Both the position numbers and the translations under genes were made by a program. From Octopus sinensis (Eukaryota), in the NCBI RefSeq assembly GCF_006345805.1, contig NC_042999.1:140554001-140618000 (forward strand): a DNA stretch of 64,000 nt, given 5' to 3'. Every line of letters starts with the position of its first letter. Position 1 is the stretch's first letter. Of this stretch, positions 52,647 through 64,000 are shown piece by piece. Under the pieces are notes generated by a model that saw nothing but the letters and a program-made list of their open reading frames with translations, was not told the origin of the DNA and searched no databases.

Positions 52647-53393
52647 ATCATCATCATCATCATCGTCGTTTAACGTCCGCTTTCCATGCTAGCATGGGTT
52701 GGACGGTTCAACTGGGGTCTGGGAAGCCCGAAGGCTGCACCAGGCCAGTCAGATCTGGCAGTGTTTCTACAGCTGGATGCCCTTCCTAATGCCAACCACT
52801 CCGAGAGTGTAGTGGGTGATTTTATGTGCCACCGACACTGGTGCCAGACGAGGCTGGCGAATGGCCACGCTCGGATGGTGTTTTTTACGTGCCACCGGCC
52901 ACATTCGGATGGTTTTCGTATGTGCCACCAGCACTGGTACCACAAAACTACAAATTCCATTAATGTTCGAGTTTGCTTTTGATTTTGTCCATTTTCACTT
53001 GCCTCAACAGGTCTTCACAAGTAGAGTTATGTGTCCCAAGAAGGAAGGTATGCATAGGTGCACTGACTACGTTCCAGGTAGGGGCCATGGGTTATGGCCT
53101 CACTTGTCCAGCCGGGTCTTCTCACGCACAGCATACTTCCAAAGGTCTCGGTCTCTGGTCATTTCCTCGGTGAGACCTAAAGAGCGAAGGTCGTTCTTCA
53201 CCACCTCGTCCCAGGTTTTCCTGGGTCTGCCTCTTCCACAGGTTCCCTCAACCACCAGGGTGTGGCACTTTTTCACACAACTATCTTCATCCATTCTTAC
53301 TACGTGTCCATACCAGCGTAGACGCCTCTCTTGCACACCACATCTGATGCTTCTTAGGTCCAACTTTTCTCTCAAGGCACTTACACTCTGTCT
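52647..53393 (-). mobile_element. Relatively young 5'-truncated RTE LINE (ORF C-terminus and 3' UTR)
   Basis: Uninterrupted QSVSALREKLDLRSIRCGVQERRLRWYGHVVRMDEDSCVKKCHTLVVEGTCGRGRPRKTWDEVVKNDLRSLGLTEEMTRDRDLWKYAVREKTRLDK*; CpGs retained. Confidence 0.92.
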
Positions 53394-53462
53394 GTGTATA
53401 TATATATACATATACACATACATACATAATATATATGTGTGTGTGTATTTGTATGTGCCACA

Positions 53463-53495
<33 letters not shown>

Positions 53496-55380
53496 CATCA
53501 CATATACAAACATAATATAGTCACCTATGCTGACACATAAAAATAAATACACATTATCTGGGGCCAACACTGGTAACAGTTATCGCAAAAATACCTATTG
53601 GAACATGAAAGGTTACCCTTGATATTGGATTCAATCATAATAATATAGAATTTATTACTTAATATATGAGAGGCCACATGGAAATAACAGTGACCATGTC
53701 ATCAATTAAGACATAGAAGAAGACAAAATCTAATTCAGAAATATGACAAAATATACCTAAATATTAATAAATTAAAGGTAAGAGATAGACAGACAGATAG
53801 ATAGAAAGATAGATAGAGAGAGAGAGAGGAGAGAGAAACAACTGATTTTGGGAAGAGAAATTTAAATATTTCTCCAAAATATATTACTTTGCCTTAAAGA
53901 TATAAAACAGTTTCAGTTAGTAAGAACATTATTCAAACTACTACACAACATCAAGTTTCTTTAGGTATATTTATAGGGGAGGAAAATTCTCTGTAGAGGT
54001 TACTAAATTATACATGTATATCAAAATTTTGAGAACTGCTAAAACAAAATGGTACATTTTTCATTAACATTCATACAGTAACTAACTACAACTCAGAACA
54101 TGCTGTATGCACAAATATTACTAAACTAAACGAAAAAAATCAAAACAAAATAATGAAAGCAACTCTCTCAAAATACCTTACTATTAGATTTTATGATAAA
54201 TAAATACGAGATTACAAATACATACATGTATGTGTGTGTGCATGTCGAATGCTGGTGTAATGGGAAAATAATTCATGCTGATGTCACTGACACCCAACTT
54301 GTTTTCTCAAATTGAAGTAGTTATACATGTTTGATAATGGACAGCTGGCATACATAACCCTACATGTAGGAAGGAGTAAAATTAATTATACCCCAAAGGA
54401 TATATTCACTAACTCCCTATAAAATATTTGTACTTTACTAAATAAGATGTCTAACAATAAGAGAGAAAGAAAGAAAAGGGAGAGAAAGAGAAAGAAAAGA
54501 GAAAGACAGAAAGAGAGATATGCAATAGAAGCAGATTGACATGTAAAAGAAAAAAATAGATACTTAAAAATAATGGCAGCAAACTCCATGCAGTTCACAA
54601 CATCATTCAAAATTGACATTACATATATGGGTAAGATAAACAAGTCATCATGCACAATTCTACCAGGATTTCAAATAAAATGAAAAACAGACCAACAAAA
54701 AATAATAACCTATTAAAATAATAGTTGGACATTTGCAGTCAGAATGAAGATCTGTTTGAGCCAGAGTAAAATAAATTTAGCTTTTAAAATATTAACCAGT
54801 TCACTGCACATATGTCTAATGCATATGTGTTTTAGTACATACACTCTGGCACACATACAAATACACTTGTGAAAGTATAGGTTGGCCACTTACTGGCAAA
54901 ATCATAGAAGAGAAACTTAGGGCAAAAACTGAGTCAGTGATCTAGTTGTTATTACTTAACCCTTGAGTTAACACTGATAGAGTCTTTCTTATGATCAAAG
55001 GCATTCCAGTTATGACTAAACTGTTTTTTATTCAATGTGTTTAGGACTACTTTATCCAGTGTATCCATTTGTTTTGTTCCTTTTTCTTAATACAATAAAG
55101 TGTGATCCAAGGGAGATTTTGCAGCTAATCTTGGGGCTCAGACAAATACAGAGGTTCCAGTGGCCTGTGACTTAGTTAATGTTCCTGGCTTTCGATATCA
55201 TACATCACATGTCATTAATGTTCTTAGAGGAAGACATAAATTATTGGAATTCCAATTTCCAATCCTCTTCCCAAAACTGATAAAACTAAACCTGCATTGA
55301 ATGCATTTGATCAAGAAAAATGAATCAATAAATAGCTGCATGAATACATACATAAACACACACACATACATATATACATA

Positions 55381-56190
55381 CAGGGCATGATGGGTAAATT
55401 GTTGTCATTTTATACTTTTAATTTCTCCTGTGCACATTGTTTTTGATTTTGTCGACTATACCGTATAGTAGAGTCAGTTGGGCACTGTCTGTGAGAAAAA
55501 CAGCACCATGACGCAAATAACTCTGCCAGGAATTTGGAAATAACATGTTTGGGTTTCAATCTGAGGATATGTACCAAGAGTGATAAAAATCAAACATCCA
55601 GTCAATATTATGGTATTTAGAGTGATTACTAGTGATGGTGACATTATGCCTCCATTCATCTTTCCACATGACCTCAGACTCAACACGGAGGCCTACATCA
55701 AATGCCTGGAGGAGGAAGTGCTGTCTTGGGTCAAGAGGGTGGTTGCTGGAAGACCCTGTGTCTGGTAACAGGAATCTGCACCATGCCACACAAACAGGAG
55801 AACCCAGTCATGGCTGTCAGCTAATTTCAGCTATCATATCATCCCTAACATCTGGCCACCTAATTCTCCTGACTGCAACCTCCTTGATTATTATGTGTGG
55901 GGTGCAGTTGAGCAAGAGACCAACAAAACTCCTTGTAATACCAAAGATGAACTGAAGGCAAGGATTATGGCAACATTCACCAACTTAAACAAGGAGACCA
56001 TCCAGAAGAGTTGCAGAAGATTCCAAAGTCATCTAAAGCTGTGGTTGACGACAATGGCGATTTTACTGAAAAAATTTATTAGTATTTCAAGATATTTTTA
56101 CGTAATTTTGGTAAATATATCTGTTAAAATGAGATGTGAGTGTTATTTTCATTTTTGTGTAATTTGTACGACAGTCTGTTCACTGCACCC

Positions 56191-56192
<2 letters not shown>
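55381..56192 (+). mobile_element. Non-autonomous maT (DD37D) element, sister copy of 6626-7495
   Basis: Alignable end to end with 6626-7495; same internal junction before aaatcaaacatccag. Confidence 0.88.
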
Positions 56193-56224
<32 letters not shown>

Positions 56225-56239
56225 CCTCTCTCTCTTTGG

Positions 56240-56432
56240 GAGAGGCACAAGCACCTACACGCACATATGCACACACGGCAGTAACTTCCACCTACCGAAT
56301 TCAATCACAAAGCTCCGGTCAGCTCGGGGCTATAGTGAAGACACCTACCCAAAGTGCCACGTAGTGGGACTGAACCCGAAACCATGTAGCTAGAAAGCAA
56401 GCTCCCTAACCACACAGCCATGCCCACGCCTA
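56240..56432 (-). mobile_element. tRNA-derived SINE 5' fragment
   Basis: gtgggactgaacccgaaaccatgtagctagaaagcaagctccctaaccacacagccatgcccacgcc. Confidence 0.8.
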
Positions 56433-56433
56433 C

Positions 56434-56720
<287 letters not shown>

Positions 56721-56820
56721 CATCATCATTTTTATGCCTGCTCTGGCATAGGCTATATGTCTTGACAGGATCTAACAGGTCACAAGGACACATCTGTTCC
56801 AGTGTCTCAGCTTTGGATAG

Positions 56821-56875
<55 letters not shown>

Positions 56876-59379
56876 GCATGTAAATTAATAAATGACAAAG
56901 TTAACACTTCATACTCTATGATATCTGGTACAACTGCGTTAATCTTCAGATGGAACATCTTGCAAGCTTGCAGGTTCCAACCAACCAATAAAATCAACTA
57001 CTATACACTGCTGTTAAACACACTGAATACTTTTTGATTCAAAGACACCATATCCTCATAACTAAGAGTACTTATTTAATACACACACACACACACAATT
57101 GACAAGATAAACTACAAAAAAATTTGTGTTACAGTCAAAACTCTGCAATTCACTCATCAGATACACTAACAACATGATAATTTTAAGAGAAAACAAATAA
57201 TTACGACTAGGTATGCGAGATGGGGAGATAACTCAGGTAATCATCTGAGGGATTTATCTCCCTGTGTATGTGTATGCTAAGTTTATATGCCTATCTGTGC
57301 ACATACAGGTATGCCCACAAATTATATTTGCTTATGAAGTGACTTGATTTGAAAACCCGTGTTGTATCTGAAACAACTGCATTATAGTATAGTCATAGGA
57401 GTCATTTAAAATACATGTAGTATATTTTCATCATAATAGGTAATACTGTTATAAAATAAAACAAAAGTGAATATAAACGGTATATAAGTTTTAAATGTCT
57501 ACATTGATTATGATAACATTCATAATTTGCTAAACTCTAATATGGTATTATTATTTAGAATCAATTTCTTATAATGGTCTATGGTGTGTTATACATACTT
57601 ATATACATACATATATATATATATTCTATGAAGGCAAGCCTCTCAGCATGCCTTTTTCGTCGTACTATTATCAAGTTTTAAATCTCAGCATTGTTTCATT
57701 TTGATGTAACAATGATCCTCTTGGTTCAGCAATAACAACCACAATTTCTCCTTTTCTCTCAGCCTCTCTCTCTATATAAAATAGCTGAGGGAACATGGAA
57801 GTTTTCAAACATCCAAACAAGAGGTTCATACCTGTTAAAAGCAGAGTGTCAAGTCCAGATATAACTCTCAAATGACTTAGTTCACTGAAATACAAATAAA
57901 TTTAGTAGGGAAGAATTTAATTTAACATAAGACATAGTTAAACTTTCATGAACTAACAAAGGTGTCTAATTTCATCAACCATAGACAAAAGCAAGTTTAA
58001 AAGTACACATATAAGGGCACACAACCACATAGCTAAAGCATTGAACTACCTACTCATGGAACATGAATTCAAATACACTACAAGCCTTCCATTATGTTTC
58101 TGCACTTTATTCTAGATCGTCTCAGAAAAGAATTGACAAATTGTATCAGTCCACCTTACTATTGTATCAAGGATATGTTCTGATTACATGTTATATGAAC
58201 TTAAGTTAAAATCATAAAACAGGAACAACACAACCTGGCGTATATGTTCGTTGCTTATAAGGAGTTTTGCAGTGTGTATACATACATGTGAGCACTGTAT
58301 AGAAAACAAGCTGAGCCTGCAACACACACACATATACATGTGTATTTGCACACACAAACAGACACACACATGTATGCATATATACACACACAAATGTGCA
58401 CACACACACATGTATACACTCACACACACACATGCATACATGGACATATACATACAAATATACATGAAAACAGAGACAAACAGGATAACTGAAATAATGT
58501 ATATTGATTTCTCACATTGTGACATAGAAATTTGCAGGAGTGTATTATAATTGATTTAAAAGGTTCTCCAAAATAACTGGTATTCCTTTATCAACCCTAC
58601 CCCATGCCAATGGATGAGCAGCAAAGTTGAGCATTACAGGATTTGAATTGAGAATACACAGAAATACACCAACTAAATGCAAGGCATTTAATCCAACACT
58701 CAGCTTTTTCAGCTACTCCAAATACACACAGTAAGCAAACTATTGGAATTTATTGACACAAACTTTTGCATACAAAGCAGCTTCCAAACAATACAAAACT
58801 TCTCAAGAGATAATGCTCTGCAAAAGAACTTTTAAAAACACTTAGCATCAACAATTACTAAAAACCTAAAAGAAAAAAATATAATTGTTTGTTGGTTGGT
58901 TGGAAATAAACCAAAAGTGAGGAGAGGAGCAATAGCTAAAATAAATTAATAATCAAATAAACAAACATCAGCTAACAAGGGCACATAAACAGTAAAGGCA
59001 AACAAAATACATATATGCACATGATATGTGTGTGTGTGTGCGTGTGTGCAATAACTATTTTGTCATGCTAACATGGCTTAGGAGAAAACTGAGGCAGAAA
59101 TTTTGACTAGATGCTCTTCCTTTCCCAACCCAAATAGGACTTTCTTTCAACAGGAATATATATATATAAGCTTGTATGAATGTGCGCTGGTGTGTGTATA
59201 CTCATATATTACATACACACATGGAAATTTAATCAAAGTAATGTGGTTGCCCTAGACATCAGCAAAGTTCTTGACAATGTCTGGTATGCAATTCTATTTA
59301 AATGTCCCACCTAAGGGTGACATAAGCCTCCTATCAGTTTCACCACTGTCAAGTGTTTTGATGAAAATCTTTGTTTCAC

Positions 59380-60010
59380 TTTCAATCAACTCTGGCTTGC
59401 CCCAGGGTTCAGTTTTATCCCCCACTCTTTTCCTTCCATACATCTATGACCTACTTGTCATCCAACAACACCCACTCTTATGCAGAAGGTAAACCCTTTA
59501 ATCATCCCTAACTTTTCCCAACTAAACATCATCTACACATAGCCAATCTGTACTGATCCCACAAAAGTAACCTCAAAAATATCCTCTATGGGTACATGCT
59601 AGTCTTGTTTTTTTTTTTCAATAGCAAAAAGACTCAAGCGCTATTTATATTAAATAAATACAATCACACCACATTAAACATGAGCAGTACTCAAAGTGTT
59701 CACATTTGCTTCAAATGTTAGGCTTCACTATCACTGATAATCTCTCCTGGTGAAAGAACATACTAAACATAACTAGACTGTATCCCAAAGATTAACACTT
59801 CTTTTCAGGATCAGAAAATTTTTCATTGTTGCCCTATGAAGCTCATGTGAAACCCATAATGGAGCATTGCTTCCACATCTAAGATGCTACTGCTGCTACA
59901 CATACAATCACCTCTAACACATCCAGAGAAAGGCCATTTAAGTGATTGGCATAATATCAGTCATGGACATGCTCCAGCATCTGGCCACAGACACACTGTC
60001 TCTTCTCTGT
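59380..60010 (+). mobile_element. Decayed CR1/L2-like LINE RT fragment
   Basis: INSGLPQGSVLSPTLFLPYIYDL, the RT motif GVPQGSVLSP-type. Confidence 0.75.
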
Positions 60011-60759
60011 TTTATTTCTGCAAGAACTATGTTTACCTCTGTTGGATGGTCTTGAATATTGTGTGTGCACATACATGCATACACAAGTGTATTTGGAAGT
60101 TTGCTTTGCAACAACATGGCTTTGAGTTCAGACTCAATGCTTGGCATCTTGGGCCAACTAATGCCTTCAAGTGAAATTAGTAGAAACCATAAGGAAGCCT
60201 ATTTTGTGTATGTGTGTGTGTGTTTGTGTGTGTGTGCATGACTGTCTTTGATTCTAACATGCTAGGTCTGACAACACTCATAAAGCAGTGTCTGCATTCA
60301 TGTCCTATAACTTAGCAGTGCAATAAATAGAAATAATTGAAATAATTAAGATATTAGAAACATAAGTATCTTAATTGATATAGTTGATTAAAATCTTCAT
60401 CAAGACAGTGCCCCAGTATGGACTCAGTCAAATGATTGACACAAATGAAAGAGATAAAAGAAACTATTTGTCTATATATTCAGAAGATCAAGTCAAAATG
60501 AGGTTTACAAGCTCACCTTTATAAGGACATACATATACACATTTATGCTATTCATATATACATATTCTCATACATACACATATGTAGTATCCATATATAC
60601 AATATAGTTGTATATACATGTATTTTCATACAAACACAAATACACTATTCATATATACCTATATATGTTTATGCAAATATATATTTGCTTATATACACTT
60701 GTACATTATTCATATATGTATATATGAATACTTATACATTCACACACACACACATCATC

Positions 60760-61145
60760 ATCATAATTATCATCATCATCGTTTAACGTTCACTTTCCAT
60801 GCTAGCATGGGTTGGACGATTTGACTAAGGACTGGCAAATCAGATGGCTGCACCAGGCTCCAATTTGATCTGGCAGAGTTTCTACAGCTGGATGCCCTTC
60901 CTAATGCCCACCACTCCAAGAGTGTAGTGGGTGCTTTTACGTGCAACCGGCATGAGGGCCAATCAGGCAGTACTGGCAATGGCCATGCTCAAATGGTGTT
61001 TTTTACGTGCCACCTGCACAGGAGCCAGTCCAGCGGCACTGGCAATGACCTTGCTCGAATGTTTTTTCATGTGTCAGTAAGGCGACACTGGTAACGATCA
61101 CGCTCAAATGGTGCTTTTTATGTGCCACCAGCACAGAAGCCAGTT
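60760..61145 (-). mobile_element. RTE 3' UTR fragment with about 4 tandem units
   Basis: Closely alignable to 22187-22670. Confidence 0.85.
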
Positions 61146-61974
61146 TTATATATATATAGACACACACACACACACACACATATATATTATAAGTATATAT
61201 AAATATAAATAGCATTAAGTTTATTGAATTTTCTGTTTTGTTTTGCTTTCTGTGATTGTAGAATTAATAATCATTTTGAAAATATGTAGTGAAGTAGCAG
61301 CAAACCACTAAAGCAATTTAAGTCAGATAGGAGCATGACAAATATAGAAAGAAAAATTATTGCAGTTTCCATGTCAAAGTTTTAAAATTGTGATTGTCAC
61401 ATGAAATTTTAATCTAAACTGGTTTACTATATATAACTAAGTACTATGAAAAGAATTTATCATAATTTAAATCTAAATTACTGAGATAACCTTAATTGTC
61501 ATCCTAACTCACATATGAAGAAAATAAGTACTTTCCCATCTTCTCTGATTGCACTTTTTTGATTGTTGATGTCTGCATTTTAACTTAAACATAAGAAATA
61601 TATAAAGCTGTAAAAAAGATAACCACAAATTGAGTATATAGAAAATTATAGTTTCTTAATCAATATTAGATATATTTTTTAAAATTCATATATAAAATAA
61701 CCAATTTGTTACATTACTCAATGTATTCACTCTATGCTGTGACATACTCAGATGTTCTAACACTTCTGACTAGTTTTGCTGAAAAATCTCTGAAAAGAGA
61801 TAGTCCTTAGATATTTACCTATTGAAAATAGTTGATAGACAGATTGATTGATATGTTTGGAAGGGCTGCTCTAAGTAAGTCAAGCACTAGCATACCGATG
61901 GCACTGTATTCTAAGGTCATAGTTGACATGCTTAAAGTTAAAATTAAGCACCAATTGATGCTGGTAATTCTCAC

Positions 61975-61980
61975 CTGGGG
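61975..61980 (-). CDS. Candidate 6-nt microexon (CCCCAG) in the IIIS3-S4 linker intron of Cav1
   Basis: cacttctttttcatcttcctttctttgtccaaccag|CCCCAG|gtgaga; strong tract and donor; in a phase-2 intron gives xxC CCC AGC. Prediction only. Confidence 0.42.
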
Positions 61981-63154
61981 CTGGTTGGACAAAGAAAGGA
62001 AGATGAAAAAGAAGTGATGATTTTTTTCTTCATAGATAAAGCAAAAGAAAAAGATAATTTACTAGGCCGAAACATTTATGGATTTTAACTACTTGTGTAA
62101 CAATAGGAGCTGTAAGTACTTGAACTATCACTCACACAAACACACTTCTTTACTGCATCTGACATTAACCAAATTAAGTACAAACTATATAAAATCATTT
62201 TCAGTTAGCAAGCTAATCAAATACATAGCTTTAGAAAGATTTAGTTACAACAATGTGAATTTTTTTCATAAACCCATCTATCTGGATATTTGCTCATTGA
62301 TGTGGAGCAATGATAGATAGGATATTTCTGTAAGCATGGACACAAAACACAGCAACCTGTAATCAGATATATTGACATCAAATTGGAAAGAAACAGAGCA
62401 ACAGTATATATAAAAAAAAACATGTATGAAATATTAAAATTCCCAAGGAATGAAATAATCATTTAACATTTTGCAGGGGTCAACAAGAAGCATACAAGTT
62501 GTGGCATTGTTTTCACAGAGTAGAGGACTGTTTCAATATAACTAGTTATAATATTGAGAAACATAAATTGAATATTAAAAAAATATCTGGAAATAATATG
62601 AATATTGTTTCTCATCAAAAGTACATAAAAAATATGAGTTAATTATTTTGTAAATTTCCAGAGTATCTCTCTGTTTAGTAATGATGTTTTTTTAACTAGA
62701 CTTTGATAAAACTAGTTTTTCTGGAACATTTTTCTTTCTTTCTTGTGTTTTAGATATTCATTTTGAAAATAATTACAAAAGTTCTATTTTGACTTTAATA
62801 AGAAAAGAAGGAAGCAGGAAAATTCAGAATATAACAAAAACATAAACAGATGCATATACATATACATAGATATATATGGACAAATACTGACTTCTCACAC
62901 TGATAATAGGTTTCAAGTTTGTTGGGATGAGAAAATGAAGTTGTGTAAAATTGTTGCCTTTCAGAAAAGCATAAACTGTCCAAGTAAGACAAAGTTTATC
63001 ACCAGGCTCTCTGAGAAGTTTTGCTGTTCACCAGCGTTTTGAAATCATTGATTTCAGGGACACATAGATTCCACAAGCCTGAAAGCAGTGAATTTTAAAG
63101 GTCAGTAAAAGTTTAGAGTTCAATAAAACTGAAAACAATTGATACACAGATGAA

Positions 63155-63295
63155 CATCATCATCATCTGCATTTAATGTCCCTTATTTCATGCTGGTATG
63201 GATTGGATGGTTTGACTGGAACTAAGAGGCCAGAGAACAGTGCTAAGCTCAACTGTCTGCTTTGACATAGTTTCTAGAGCTGGACACTCTTCCTA
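63155..63295 (-). mobile_element. Short decayed RTE tail
   Basis: catcatcatcatctgcatttaatgtcc...tttcatgctggtatgg pattern. Confidence 0.6.
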
Positions 63296-64000
63296 TGCAT
63301 GCATACATATTACATATATACCTAAAGAAAGATTTTCTTAAAAGTTATTAACTATGTGAGTGTGTGTGTAAGAATTGCTTTAATTATGTCAAAGCATAAT
63401 TAAAAATGAGTTTATTCAACACATTACTACAGTAGAAGCTGTCTGGGTTTGGTGGGGGATTTTAAATGGTGAACTACTAATTGGATTTAATGAGTAAGCT
63501 CCAGCATATCTTGTTTATAGTGCTATACTTATAATAGAAGTATTCATCATAATGGATGATGTGCAAAATTAATGAATACATTTCCTTTGCCGTTAAAGGA
63601 TACTTGTCAGTTTTAAGGCATGAAAGAGAGAAAATATAATTTCATTCTGTATAGGATGTTGGTCTATTGCAGGTAGAATTCCCAGATGATTCTGCATTTA
63701 TTTCTGAGATCAGAAGAATTAAGTCAGTGTAGAATTATGTTCTTTTCAGAAATACAACAAATCACCAGCAGCAGTTTTGAACTTGCGACCTTTCAGCAGT
63801 TAAGTCAGCACTTTATCCTCTCTGCCACTTTATCTCTGTAGTTGATATGAATTGAAGTTTATCTCAACTTTTATAGTTGTAAAAGGTTTGAAAGCCAGAC
63901 ATTGCTTTCTCTCTCTCTTTTCTTGCTCTTTAACTAGGAATGGTAGTCTTTCATAGATTTTGATAATGGGAAGATTTTTAACTCCCATCCACCAATCATG

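Noticed and set aside
63030-63077. Acceptor with TGC and branch-like ctgac, followed by a 47-nt segment
   Set aside because: Weak donors, frameshifting and stop-containing; typical pseudo-exon background.

Overview
AT-rich, microsatellite- and transposon-dense animal genomic DNA. The repeat content (RTE LINE tails ending in (GAT)n, tRNA-headed SINEs, maT/mariner relics) looks like a coleoid cephalopod, probably Octopus; that assignment is an inference. The whole window lies inside one large minus-strand gene for an L-type voltage-gated Ca2+ channel alpha-1 subunit (Cav1). Eight GT-AG exons (29564 down to 14972; 88, 108, 53, 147, 202, 159, 111 and 84 nt) join in frame into 317 codons running from IIIS4 through the domain III pore (STFEGW) and III-IV linker to IVS3. 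They sit in a 14.6 kb cluster flanked by two very long introns (over 34 kb and over 14.9 kb). I could not find the IIIS3 or IVS4 exons in the window. Those two long introns are the S3-S4 linker introns of repeats III and IV, and each holds a frame-preserving microexon candidate: 6 nt at 61975-61980 and 12 nt at 9747-9758. These are the most interesting leads, but they are unvalidated predictions. The rest is decayed TEs (RTE, CR1/L2-like and RLE LINEs, SINEs, mariner, three maT/DD37D copies, two hAT MITEs, a piggyBac derivative nested in an RTE) and simple repeats. Most ORFs in the supplied track are microsatellite or TE artefacts. No prokaryotic-type system or CRISPR array is present.
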